Assembly: GCA_028023455.1 (NCBI GenBank)
Contig: JAQFVV010000007.1
Coordinates: 2,852,001 to 2,916,000, forward strand
Reading direction: 5' to 3'
DNA from: Epiperipatus broadwayi
Lineage: Eukaryota; Animalia; Onychophora
DNA length: 64,000 nucleotides
Shown here one piece after another: positions 39,501-54,400 of the stretch (within the stretch, counting starts at the first letter, position 1; the number at the start of each line of letters is the position of its first letter). The notes beneath the pieces were generated by a model, which saw only the letters and a list, made by a program, of their open reading frames with translations, was not told the origin of the DNA and ran no database searches. The position numbers and the translations under genes were made by a program.

Positions 39501-41579
39501 TATAAACTTTTCAATCTGGACAGTCAGATGTAGAGTCACATTCAATAAAGATTATGATCACCCCATTGATAAACTATTTTTCAATACCCTGTGTAAAATC
39601 AAAGAGGATGATAAATGCACTGGTCAACCCTGGTTGGTGGACCAGACATGGGGACAGTTTAGACTTTAGTCACACCACTGTACTGATCTACCCTACAGAT
39701 AGTCTTGTACTCCATTGACCCTAGCCCAGATCAAAACTTGATTGAACTCTACTCAAAGAATTCAGCTCTACTGAATCTTAATTTTGTGAACTATTTAAGC
39801 AATAGACTATTTCATTCACTTTTTACTTATACAAAACTCATAAGTTGTAATTGATTTCAATTGTAGCTGTTTATGTACCTAGAATTAGACCTAATAGAAT
39901 GCAAATAAATTGTTATTGAAAGATGCAATTTACTAGTATTCTTTTGTGATTTAAAATTTATATTTGAGCTTGGAATGATTAAATTATCTCTAACTTAATA
40001 AAAGATAAGTAATAACTGAAGTGGATTGGCTCAATTTATGAATGCAAAAGATTAGAGACCCAGAAATCAAATTGTAGTAATTTGATTTTCTTTCTAAAAT
40101 TTGGGTAATCTTGCCTAATAATATTATGTGCTATACTTAATATTTTTTCTACATTTTTTAATGCAGTATTTATTTTTAATTCTGCATTGATGTTTTTAAT
40201 GCTAATGAATAAAAATTGTTTTAGTTAAATCTGGGGCCGTTTTGCCCCACCCATACCTGATTATACTTATTCTTTAAATTACTAAACTTAAAACTTATTT
40301 TTACTTATAAACTTATTTGGAATTATTTTTGGACATTTTGTTTACAAATATCACATTAGTGTTCCTATGTCTACTTCTGGACTACATTAAAAGGAACTTT
40401 CAGTTAAAATCCCACTTCATTTCCACATATTATGTCAGATGGTTGGTAATCTGACTGAAGATAGATGAAATTGACTAAGTATTCCACCACATACATAAAG
40501 TGATAATGCTTAACAAGTGTTTATGTATTTCTTAATACGATTTATTGTAGTATCTCAATTTTAGAGCTACATTGTAAATCTTTACTTAGACTTTTTCATT
40601 GATGGCATCATTTTTGTCATATCAGTTCTGTTTGAAAGTATGACTCACATTTAAAAGTTCAACATTTTTTAGCAGTATGAGCTAAATAATTTTTTCTATA
40701 CATAATCTTCCTCATTTCCTACAATGTTTTTGCCTTTATTTTGTGCTTTTGCATTTAGCTCATTAAAATTAGTTTTTATTTCTTTTATAGTACATTCTAA
40801 AGTCTTGTTTTCTTATTGAATATTTTCCATCTCTAGTGGGGTGTGATTACAACTGTTACTTTAAGCATTAGGACCTCTAGAAATGTAATCTTTTTAAGAC
40901 AAAACAATGAACTGTGATCTATGAATTGATCTATGACTTTTATTTTGACTATTTAATGAACTAATAGTTTCCCATGCTTTTTGGTCTGGAGTATTATATT
41001 AAAATTCTGGGAATTTTTTAACTTTCTTGTGTACTTTATCTTCATATTTTTTTATTTTTGACTTTCAAAATTTTTCAAGCATTTTATTTTACCCTGACAT
41101 TTTTTAAATTCCCTAATATTTTATATTGAGATTCTTGGAATTTGTTTAGGATTCTATTTTAAAATTCACTGGATTTTATATAGCTTTTTTAATTTTTTTT
41201 TAGATTCTTTGGAAACTTTTAAAATTCATCTTATTCATCTTACATTCTATCTTAAGAATCTTTATATTCTTATTTCAGAAATTCCTTGGATTCTTTCATT
41301 TCTTGAAATTTTATCCAATATTTTTTTGTTGATTGCAAAATCAGCAAAAAAATAATAATTTTGCAATTTCTATAATAATTCATCATAATACAACATTTTT
41401 AAAAAGGTTAAAAGTAAAATTCTAAGACAATTGATAATTGTTCAGCAATAAGATAGTTAGTTATATATGCAAGCATATACCAACATAAAATGAAAAAAAA
41501 AAGTTCTTTATCAAAGTTTAATACAGTTTTTCTTATTGTAATATCTATGTATGGAAATATTCTCTTCTCAAATTTCACA

Positions 41580-41847
<268 letters not shown>

Positions 41848-41867
41848 GTAATTAAGGAAGAGATTAA

Positions 41868-42325
41868 TTAAATGTTATGTGTAGAGTGCATTAATGTATG
41901 GTTATGAGACATGGACATTGAGTAATAGAATTAAGAAATTATTGGAATATTTTCAGATGTGGACATAGAGAAAAATGGAAAAAATCTGTTGGATCAGTAA
42001 AATAACAAATGAAGACGGTTTTAAATGAGGAAAGAAGAATGATTGAGAATATCAGAGAGAGAAAGAGAAACAGGATTGGACATATATTGAGAGGAGATTA
42101 TAGTTTAATGAAAGATGTTTTGGAGGAAATGGTGAATGGAAGATTGACATTATTGGATGATATAAGGGATGGGAAGACTTATGTGAAATTGAAGAAATGG
42201 GCAAGGAAGAGAATGGAACAGAAGAATGGATGAATTGATGTTGTGACTACTCTCTGGACCTATCTATTGGACAGAATACTATTGATTATTATTATTATTA
42301 TCATCATCATCATTATCATTATTAT
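41868..42325 (+). pseudogene. 5'-truncated 3' end of a second RTE family
   Basis: KCYV*SALMYGYETWTL...RIGHILRG C-terminal RTE motifs; ends in a (TAT/CAT)n tail. Confidence 0.75.
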
Positions 42326-44900
42326 GAAGATTTTTTGATTGGCTATGATAATGTTATTATTACCGATGATTTAAAGATTCCAGTTTTATATCAGGGTAGA
42401 ATTACTATACACTTTTTTTTTTATCTTCTAAAGCTTCTAGAATGTTACAGTTTTGTAAATTTTTAGGACTTAAGCAATATAACCCATTTTTTAATGTTTC
42501 TTGTCATACTTTGGATTATATTTTATGTAATTCAACAGTAGTTAGTAATTTTCAATTTGTCTCTGTTAATTTTCCTATTGATGCTCATCATCCACCTATT
42601 GATTTTTATATTAACATTTGTCACTCAAAGGTCAATTGTTCTAATATTTCAAGAAAGGATTATGGAAAAAGTAATTATGTTGAGTTTTGTGAAAACTTTT
42701 CTAAGATTAATTGAAATTTTTTATATTCTTATAATGATGTAAATCATTGCTTAGATGAATTTTTAAAGATTCTTAATAGTTTTATTGATTTGTATATTTC
42801 CAATAAATTGCCTTTCCATAAGGGCTTTCCTCCTTAGTTTATATACAATTTTATTAAGATTATTAAAAGAAATCTTATCATCATAGACTCTATTTTAAAA
42901 CACAGAATATCTTTTTTTGTAATAATTTTATTAATTTCAGAAGATTGGCTAAGCATATTTATAAAAGAGATTTCAAAATTGCATTAGAAAAATTGAGGTT
43001 AATATTTCTTCTAACCCTAAAGAATTTTGAGATTTTATTAATAAGTCTGGTTTGGATAAGAAAAGGGTTCAAGCTACTCATGGTTTTACTTTAAGTGCAA
43101 ATGACTTTTCCAAACACTTTGCTAATGTATATTCATCACATGATACAATATTTTCAAAAACCACATTATTTTGTAATTCTCCTATTGTTCACTGCATGAT
43201 TGATCATATTTCTAAGGATGATGTTCTTATGACTATTAAGCAACTTAAAATTCATTCTAGTTTAGGAAATGATAATATTCCTTCATTTATTTACAAAGGT
43301 CTAGCTGAATTTATTGTAGACCCTCTTGCATTTATTTTTAATTTATCACTGAATTCTTGTGTTTTTCCTAATGTTCTTAAGTGTGCCAAAATGGTCCCAA
43401 TTTTTATGAATGGCTCATATGATTGTGTTAATAACTATAGACCTATATCTGTTTTACATACTATTGCTAGGAATTTTGAAATGTGTGTTTATAATAAAAC
43501 AATTTTAGATGTTAGTAAACTCATTTCCTCTTCACAGCATGGTTTTATTCCTAATAGATGTGTAGAAACCAATTTTTTACTAATTTATGATCATATAGCA
43601 CAAGCAATTGAGAACCAGCAGAGGCTTGATGTTATTTATTTTGATTTATCAAAAGCTTTTGATAAAGTAGATCACAGCATTCTTCTTTACAAATTATATC
43701 AAATGGGTTTTTCTACTAAACTTTATTATTGGTTTCAAATCTTTCTTCATGGTCCTACTGCATATATAAAATTTAATAATAATATTTCATCTAATTTTAA
43801 ATGTAATTTGGGAGTTCATCAGGGTAGTATTTTAGCACCTATGCTTTTTAACATTTATATGAATGACCGTAAGGATTGTTTAAAATCTTCTTATCTTTTG
43901 TGCTATACTAATGATTGTAAAATCTTTAGAAGAATCCATCAGTAATTAATTGCACTCTTCTTCAAAAGGATATAGATAATTTTAGTGCTTGGTGTGATCT
44001 AAATAATATGACTGTTAATTTCAGCGAATGTTCCTTAGTCTCATACTCTAAAAAATCTGAAGTTGTACTTTTTTTTTTTATTTTATTAATTCTCACATAA
44101 TTAATTCTGTTGAATCCCAAAAAAGTTTTGAAAGTTATGTTTTCTAGCAATGGATCCTTTCTTCATCATTTGGAAATGATTATTGGTAAGGCTTTCAGTG
44201 ATGATACAAAATTCAAATTATTTTTGTCATTGGTTCTTCCCATCACGGGATATTGTTCAATCATTTGGAATCCTAGCTTTAAACAGGGATGTAATTTATT
44301 ACAATCAGTGTCTAATAAGTTTTTCAAATATGTTTCGCTTGTAAATAATATAGAGATCTTAAATATCTTTATAAAATTGTTAATAAAATAGTTCTTCTAT
44401 CAGACACAATTTCTACTATTATAATTAGATCTCATGTGCATGATACTCGGTCTGCTTCTGTTTGTTCCATTAAAGTTTATCATTCCAATGTTCTTAAATT
44501 TTCTTCTTTATTTAGACTACCATCTTTATATAATCAGATTTGTAGTAATACTAATTACTTCAATTTAGATTATAATCAATTTTGTAATATTATTCAATTT
44601 AAATGCCCTTGTTGATTGGTTTAAATTGATTTTGTTTACATATATATAGAGCCTGCAAAACAAGCTCTTAACATTTGTGAATACGAGCTTTATTAAAATT
44701 AGGTCATGTAACATCTGACTTGATTTTTTTATCATTATATTTGTTAAATTGGTTGTTACTTTTTATTATTATGTTATGTACACTATGTTTATCCCTTTTA
44801 TTTATTTATTTATTTATTGTTGTTTTTAATGTGTTAACTGTAAATGGCTATATGCTGATGTTTGGCATTTAAATGAATGAATGAATGAATGAATGAATGA
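42326..44900 (+). pseudogene. Decayed CR1-type LINE ORF2 (APE C-half plus RT) and 3' UTR
   Basis: TLDYIL..DAHHPP (APE); NYRPIS, QHGF, YFDLSKAFDKVDH, GVHQGSILAPMLF, YTND (decayed YADD); (TGAA)n tail at ~44875-44898. Confidence 0.85.
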
Positions 44901-45106
44901 TGACCTAAAATCATGATTTTTACTAATGGAAATATTTTTACTTTAGATTTTAAATTTTTTTTACTTATCTTATTAAAAAATATGGCACATAATCATATTA
45001 ATAATTTGTCATTTATACTCATTTATGTATATTATTGTATAGTTGTTATGGTACAATTCTGTAATTGGCTTAATGCTATAGTTTTGTATGGTAAATAAAT
45101 AAATTG

Positions 45107-45152
45107 AATAATAATAATAATAATAATTATTATTATTATTATTATTATTATT

Positions 45153-45193
<41 letters not shown>

Positions 45194-45253
45194 TATTATT
45201 ATTATTATTGTTGTTGTTGTTGTTGTTATTATTATTATTATTGCTGTTGTTAT
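45107..45253 (+). repeat. Compound microsatellite (AAT)(TAT)(CAT)(TGT)
   Basis: Direct inspection. Confidence 0.98.
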
Positions 45254-45259
45254 GTTTCA

Positions 45260-48200
45260 AAGGTAAACTTTATTAAGACTCAAAAAATGTTAGGTAAATT
45301 ACATATGAAAACATAAGGTCTTAGATATAATTTAATACATAATATTATATATGCAGTAAGGATTTACAATCTTACATATGATATGACTTACAGTAATTAA
45401 AAAAATAATGACAATTGCATAACAAGATACACATTTCAAAGTAGGTTTACATAGAATTTTTCAATGGGATCTTGAGAAAAATACATGGAAGCATATGACA
45501 GTATGAGTGAAAATATATAGGTAGAGAGTTTGGAGTTGGTATTATATTGACATATGATTGTATATAAATTGGGTTTATTTTCTGCAAATGAACGTAGTTT
45601 TCATGCTATCTTATTGTTTATGTCTTACATAAGTTGTGTGTGAAAATTATGAGTTTTTAGATATAATATGATGCATGAGATTACATATGCAATAAAAGTT
45701 TATAATTTGTTTATAATAAAAAAAATGGTGATTTACAGTAGAGAAGAATAATTGTTACACAACAAGATACATATGGGAAATTAGATTTACATAGATTTAT
45801 TAAAAGTATTATGAGATAAATACATGAAAGCACATTGGTAATTTTTATTAATGTATTTAGGAAGGATGGATGGAATTAGTGTTCCATTGGTATATGGTTG
45901 TACATAAATTGTGCTTATTTTTTGGTGAGCACTATATGTATCAAGGCTAAGACTTATTGTTAATATGCTGTGCTTTTAGAGTTCATCTCAGATAAGTTGG
46001 TGGAGTGATCTTATAAACTATCTTGCATTAGTGGTTTGACAAGGCAGTTGTACATTGTTACTCTCAAGTGGTGCAGTGATTCCTGAGTTTACCATAATGT
46101 GATGTTGGAGCTATGAGTTTATGTGTCATAGGCACTTGAACTGGTTGAAGTTTAGGGAGTGGGATAGAAGCAATATAGAGGGCAGTTGGAGTCTGTCGCT
46201 AGGATGGTGATGGACTTGAAAGGGGGTTGATACAGCATGTCAGGCATCCACACAAGAGGGATGGAGTTTACAATCTTGTGTTTTTTAGACTAGATTTTAA
46301 ATTATGTTTGCATTAGTTGTTTTGAAACATAAAATTGGCTTATTAATCAATGGACTTAAAATGTCTTTTCTTTTCATTACTGCCATAAATTTTTTAATGA
46401 GCTAAAACTGGAAACATGGTAGAATAAGTTTTGACATCAACCACTTGGTCATGTGGTTGTATGTATGGCAGTGAATCTGGTTGGATTTAACGATTTAAAA
46501 TGTCTTTTTTTTTTTTAAAGAAAAAGCTTCTGTAAATTCAAAATTATCTTAGAAAAAATGCATGACATAATTGACTGTTAATAATTGTTTCAATATATGT
46601 TAAATTTACCTGAAATACTGCAGATTTTGAATTGATTTTGGGGGGTTTAAATTCGGACATTTTTGCTTTTTGCCTGGCAATGCTAAAGTTTCCTGCCGCT
46701 AATCAAAAACTTTTTCTTGCGAATTATCTATTACACACGGGGAATTTTTTTATAATTTGAGTATTATCTAATTAGGTCAAATTCAGTCTTTTAGATGACT
46801 TGAAAAGTATCTTTTAAAAAAGCTAATATTATGCAAATTCTTAGGATTTGAAACAGGAACTCTTGGAATGAATATAGTGGCAGGATTATTATAATAATAA
46901 TTATTATTATTACTATTATTATTATGGTGATGAAGAGTTACATAAATTACATGTAAAATTATGATGTCTTGGATAACAAGTTAATACATGATATTACATA
47001 TGCAATAAGGGTTTACAATCTTGCTTATGATAGAGAAAAAAATAATATTTACAGTAATTGAATGCAGAATGATTGTTGCATAACAAGATAAATGTTTCAA
47101 ATTATATTTACATATAGTTTTTAAATGGGATCTTGAAAAAAAAACATGGAGGCACATGATAGTATGAGTGAAACATATATGGTGGGTGTTGGGAATTGGT
47201 TTTAGATTGATAAATGATTGTATACAAATTGGGCATATTTGGTGTGAAAGATTGTTTTTATGACTGTCTTATTGTTCATGTGTTACATAAGTTGTATGTG
47301 AAAAACATGAGTTTTTAGATACAATTTGTTACATGAGATTACATATGCAATGAAAGTTTACAATTTTGTGTATCATAAAGAAAGGTGATTTACAGTAGTT
47401 GGAATAATTGTTGCATAACAAGATTAGATATGTCAAATTAAGTTTACATAGTATTTTCAGAGAGGGGATTGAGTTAGTGTTCCCTTGGTATATGGCTGTA
47501 AATAAATTGTGCTTATTTGTTGGGAGCAGTATATGTGTCATAGCTTGACAACTTCTTTGGATTAGTGGGTTGATAAATTGTGTGCACTGTGTTACTCTCA
47601 AGTGATGCAACATTTATTCTGAGTTAGTCCTGGTGTGATGTTGGAGCTATGAGTTCATGTGTGGTAGGCACTTCAGCTGATAGAGATTCCAGAGAATGAG
47701 GTGGAATTGATATAGAGAAACAGTTGGAATCTATAGCTGATATAATCTTAAATGATGCATAATATTCCCTCTTGCATGGTAATAATAAATTTGACAAATG
47801 ATTGTCAGCATATCAGGCATCCACATCACAGAGGGAGGAGTTACTATGTTGTGTTTTTAAGTCTAGGTTTTAAATTTTGCTTGCAATGGTTGTCCTGAAA
47901 CTACAAATTTATTTATTTATTAATGAACTAGAAATATATTTTCTATTGCTGACATGGAGATTGTTTTTGAGCATACCGGCATATATTTTTATGAGTTAAA
48001 GCTGCCAGTATAAAAGAATAGGTTTTGGGGCCAAGCACTTGGTCATATGGTTGTATGGCTGCCATTTTGATTGGTTTTTAATGATTTAAAAATGTCGTTT
48101 TTTTTTTAAGAAAAAGCTTTTGTGAATTCAAAATTATCTTTAAAAAGATGTGTGGCATAGTTAATGGTTAATAATTAGTTCAATATATACTAAATTTGCC

Positions 48201-48480
48201 TAAAATACTGCAGTTTTTGAGTGGTCTTTTGGAGGTTTAAATCCAGAAATTTATCTTTGTTATATAGCAATACTAAGGTTTACTGCTACTTATGAAATAT
48301 TTTTTCTTGCAAATTTTCCATTATGACATGAAATTTTTTTATAACTGGAGTGTTACGTAATTATATCAAGTTTAGTCTCTGTGATGACTTGAAATTCATA
48401 TCTTGAAAAAAAAGTAATACAATGCAAATTCTTCTGATTTGAAACAGTAGCTCTTGGAATGAACATGGTACAAGATTAAT
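45260..48480 (-). repeat. Two diverged ~1.6-kb tandem units (45260-46884, 46927-48480) with an internal ~339-bp repeat and decayed C2H2-like motifs
   Basis: Units are colinear and both end CTCTTGGAATGAA.AT.GT. Internal anchors recur at 339-bp spacing. Minus strand CPICIQSFINLKPIPNTHH at 47236-47180. Confidence 0.7.
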
Positions 48481-48489
48481 ATCCTCTTG

Positions 48490-49035
<546 letters not shown>

Positions 49036-51190
49036 AATAATACCAATTATAAACATGGTGTCTATTGTGGTCTTTATAAAGCTCTTGAAGACCTTGATTG
49101 GAATGTAATTTTAATAGAAAATGATCCAAATATAGCTGCAAATAATTTATGAGTATAGTTCAAAATTGTCTGGATCAATACTGTATATTCTTGTTAGGTA
49201 TTATTTGAATACTAATAATAAATATTCTAAATGGTTTTCTAAACAACAGTGTAAGGATTTAAATAGAAAGCATAAATATCATAGGTTATATATGTTAACT
49301 AATGATAGAGAATTGTATAAGAAATTTAGTGATTTGTATGCTTATACTAAGACTCTTATGAAAAAAGATTATGATAACTATTTGAATAGAATTGAAAATT
49401 TTATCAGAAATAACCCATAAATGTTTTGGAATTATATTAAGGATCTGAATATAACTAGAAATAAGAGTTATAATATAATTTGATCTTCTATGAATGATCT
49501 AGTTAATAATTTTACAGATATGTATTTAGATATTTCTTATAATGATATAGCTGATATTTGTAAAGAGAATTCTTAAAGTATTGATGTTAAAAAAATTAAA
49601 TTGTTGAAGTGTTTAATGCAATTTCTAAACTTAATGCAAAATTTTCTATATCAAAGACTGTGCAGAATGTTTGGTAGTACAATTACATTTTATTATTAAT
49701 TTATCAGTGAGAAATGTATTATTCCTGACATATTTAAAATAGCTAAGATTATGCCAATTTATAAGAACGGGATAAATCTGATCCTGGTAATTACAGGCCT
49801 ATTTCAATTCTGTCATCTTTTTCTCAGGTTTATGAAAGGTGTATCTACAGTAATATTATTGTAGATATGATTAAGGTGTTATCTAATTATCAACATGTTT
49901 TTTTTACCTGGTAAATCTGTTGAAACTAATTTAATGGTGCTACCTGACCACATTGCTTATAATCAAAAGAAATTAGATGTTGCATATATTTTGATGTGAC
50001 TCTGGCATTTGTTAAAGTTGCACTTGTTAGACTTTTGTATAAGCTTAAAATTTTGGGAGTTAGTCCTCATTTAATGGAGTGGTTTGGCAATTATTTGAGA
50101 GGTCATAAATCTTATGTGTATAAAGATATAGTCAATTGACATCTTTTTAATAATATAGTAGGGGTTCCTCAGAGTAGAATATTAGTAGCTTTACTTTTTT
50201 AATGTTTTTATGTGTGATGTTGATCAAAACATAAAAATAATATGAAACTTACTTATGCTGATGATTGTAAGTTATTCAAAAGAATTATTACTTATAATGA
50301 TCACATTGAGGTTCAAAGGGATATAGATTGTTTTAAGGCTTGGTGTAGTTATAGCAATATGGAGATTAATATTAATAAAACTAGCATTGTTTGCTATACT
50401 AATAAAACTGAAAAATCTGTTTATCAGTATAAAATTGACAATAGTATTATTACATATAAAGAAGTTGTATCTGACTTAGGAATTATATTTTGTAATAATT
50501 TTACTTTAATGCACATATTAAATATATTATTAATAAAGCATACAGAAAGATGAGATGTGTACTTTGAGATATGTATTTTCTTGTAACACTTTTAGAATAT
50601 GGTTATTCTATGTGAATTTTGATTAATATCAGTCTAGAATACATAATGTTTTTTCTGAAGGTAGTCATGATTGTGTTCTAGTTGTATTTTTATATTGGAC
50701 TATTTCTATAATCTAATATATGTATTGAATATAAAAATACAACTAGAATACATAATATTAAAAAAAAATTCAATAAATTAATAATGGAAAAATGTCAAAA
50801 TGTTAGAACAGTATTGAAAGAAAGAAGAATGTTGAAAGATATGATATTGTTGAAAAAGTTATTTGATGGGATGTCAGGGACTGTATATTGCAAATATAAT
50901 TGAAAATACCTTGTCGCGTGTTGCACACTTTCAAGATTAATAAATGTAAAAATGCTTTCTTCTGCAAATCAATTATTAATAGATTGCAAAGAGTATATAA
51001 TCTAAATTTGATAATATTGATATTTTTTGTGATCAGTTTATTATGAATATTAAAAAGAACTAAACTTATAAATGAGAACATACATGTTTATTTAATTTTA
51101 TGTATATAATTTATATATGTTTATTGTTTTTATTTTTATTTTTGCTTATTGTGTATTTCTGTTAAAGTGTAAATGTTGAAGTGCATAGTG
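49036..51190 (+). pseudogene. Second decayed CR1-type LINE ORF2 fragment
   Basis: NYKHGVYCGLYKALEDLDW (CR1 linker), NYRPIS at ~49790, GVPQSR, YADDCKLFK, DLGIIF; many frameshifts. Confidence 0.8.
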
Positions 51191-51469
51191 AGTTATTATT
51201 TTTTTTATTTTAAAAGGTTTTATTGAATTATAAGTTTACAAAATAATATTTAGTACCACATACATAAAATATAATAAGAAAATACTATGAGGTTTTAAAC
51301 AAAGGAAGATATGTGGTTTACATTATATATTCCTATCTTTATCCCATACTAGAGATGGAAAAAATTACAAATTTATGTGTAACAAAGAAAAATACACTCG
51401 TAAAAGCAGCTTAGCATTTTCTGACTGCTGCATAAGATTTACAACTTTCTATATATCATTGCATTAATG

Positions 51470-54400
51470 TCTTTTTTGCTTTTAATTATCTAGTTATCAT
51501 TTTATAACAGTGAATCATGTAATAAATTCTAGTGAAGTCACATTAGTGATCATATGTCTGAATAAATATTAGTTGGTGAAAATTTTTCATCTCTTATGCT
51601 TATAATATCCATTTTGTTCCTAAATGTATTAGGGTGCCTTCTTGTATTTGAACCTTACGTACATCTCCTACACCATAATGGAAATAGTATAAATATGCTG
51701 ACTTGAATGTGTGCATAAATACCAAATACCTTTTTTAAATGTACTGAAAAGTACATGTATGTTGTACTTTTTATTTTTAAATATTTCAGGGATATTGCAC
51801 TGGATATTATTAAACATGGAACATATGAATATAAAATGTGATTGTGTTTCTGATTCTCTCTGACATAGTTTGCATATGTCGTCAATGTTAGTGCAATTTC
51901 TTTTATATCTCAAGAAATAAAGGGTAGGAAGTTCTTCAAGATTTAGTTTTAGAAAAAATTCATAATATTTTTTTTCTAATGACCAGATTTTTAATTTTTT
52001 AGTCAACTGCTTATTGGTTATGTTTAAAAGAGGTTTGTTATTATTATTGGATGGGAAAAACAGATTGAATATACATCCCAGTATTTCATTTTATTCTTGG
52101 GAGGGCAATATATTAAATTGGGAATACATAATAAAGGAGAAATTATCTTATTCCAGTAATTACATATGGGTGGTAGCCAGTCTGTGTGAGTAATTTTAAA
52201 AACTATTCCTAAATATGGAAATATCATTACACATGATAATATAAGATTAAGTGTTTTTTGAATATGGAACATTTTTATAGAATGTAAACCCAATCCATTT
52301 TGAAATAGAGGGTGCAGAACTTTAGGGATATTGATGCTATTTTCTTCTGCCACAACAATTTCATGTACATTGAGCAAATTTTAGATGTAAAAGCTTTTGT
52401 GTATATTATTATAGGTGTATAATATGTAACCCACGTCAGATTAAAAAGAGCCACTTTGGCATAGAGTAATAAATATGATTTGGAAAGAGAATTAATTATA
52501 TTCTCAACTTTATTCATTAGTTTTCCCTGTATCTGTGATCACATTTCAGAATTAGTCAAATGAAAAGGGAAATCCCACAAATGAGCCAGGCTTTCCTTTA
52601 AAAGTATTGTCCATGTTTACCATGTAATAGATTTTTCTAAATTGAACTCCAGTTTATATTTGTCTGAGTAATTATTTAGAGTTTTTATTAGTTTTGATAT
52701 CTGTTTTTTGTTGGCAGAAAGATTGTTATATCATCCATGTATGCAATACATGAAACCTTTGCCTTCATTTCAGGTATATATATTCCAGTCATCTCATTTT
52801 CAATTGCTTTAAGAAGATGATCAATATAAAATGTGAATAAAAGAGCACTTAATGGTGAGCCTTGTGGAATCAAGTTAAATGGGATGAATGATGTTGTGTA
52901 CTTCCCACTAAGAGTTATCTGAATTTCTCAATTTAGAAGATTCATAATGATATATCTGCTAAGGTATTAATTGAAATATAAATTGATATCATATTAAATG
53001 TTGATTTAATATCCAGATAAACTACCACTGGTCCATATTTTTTGTTGTTTCTGAATGTATCGATTAACATCTTATATAAAAGTACTGTCTGCCCAGTTGA
53101 TGGATTCTTCTTTGCAAACTGGGTTTTTGAAAGCAGTGCCAAAATATAAGATTTAATTCTATTTTTAATTTCTATTCCAGGATTTTAATCCCAATTGGAC
53201 TCATTGATATAGGTCTAAGGTTTTGGAATGTGGTTCCATTTTTCTTCTTCTTAATAAATGGAACCAGTGTGATGGAATAAGGCCCATGTATGTGATATCA
53301 GGTATTTTGCTATGAATTGACTTCAAATGTCTGTATACAAAAAAGGTATTCCATGCACTCCTGGATGACACAAGTTTGGCATTAAAACAAGTGTCATCTG
53401 GTAGTCCTAGAATGTTTTGTGAAGGGTTAAATATTTCCCTTTTTGCAAGTTGTTTTTGTAATATGAATAAAGTATCTCAGCATGTTGTCATCTGCAATGA
53501 TTTGCCCTTCTATTTTGACTGCTGACAGAACATGGTTTAGAAGAGCTATCCCCAGTGCCCAATAAATGTACTGCCTAGACCAGATGGTGATTTGATTTAG
53601 GTATATTTTTCTCTTCTTTATTACCAAGTATTCTTTGAATGAGCCACAAACTGGTCAATATAATTTTCTCAGAGCTCTTAAATTTGTACAGCTTTCTGTC
53701 ATGGTAGCACTGAGTGAAATTCTCTTTTGCAATTCATCTGCAAGTGATAAAACCTTTGAGAGGAGTAGTTGGTTTCTTATCATTGTGTCAATTGTATATT
53801 ATGTTCATTAATGCAATCAATGTTTGAACAGGGTTCATTTCTAAGTCACGAATTTTGAATAATGATGTACATATATTTTTAGAAGAGATATTCTTTAGCT
53901 CACTCTGGGAGCAGTATTCTAATAGTTTTACCTGTTGTGATTATATGTCTATATGAGAAATAATTTTTAAGACAGACTACCACAGTAAAATGCTCTGAAA
54001 AAAGATGTTTTTGAGTGACTAGCTTATGATGAAATGCTTCTGAATAAAAAAAACAAAATGAATTAAAGAAGAGTATCTGCCATTGTTGAAGGAGATAGTT
54101 CTGTGGAAGAAATCCTTCTCCAGACATGAGAGGGGATGCCAGAAGATGTAATTATTTTTTTACAAATTTATTATATGACATGTTGAAATCTTCTATTAGA
54201 ATTTTAGGATGTATTGAGAATACAAATTTTAAATTTAATGTATGTATCAGTCTGTTAATTATTGTTTCACATGGAGGAATATGCATGTATGCTATGTTCA
54301 GTGTTGTTCTTTTGTGGTATAGTGTAACAATTTGCATATATGCATCAATATATATTATTTTAAATAGACAAGTTTTGTTTATCACAATTCCTGTTCCAGC

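Noticed and set aside
40230-40250. GGGGCCGTTTTGCCCC hairpin as a Helitron 3' end
   Set aside because: No CTRR terminus after it and no matching 5' TC end identified.
40370-40990. Possible CR1 ORF1 (coiled-coil, YxFVW-like) remnant on the minus strand
   Set aside because: Too degraded to support from motifs alone.
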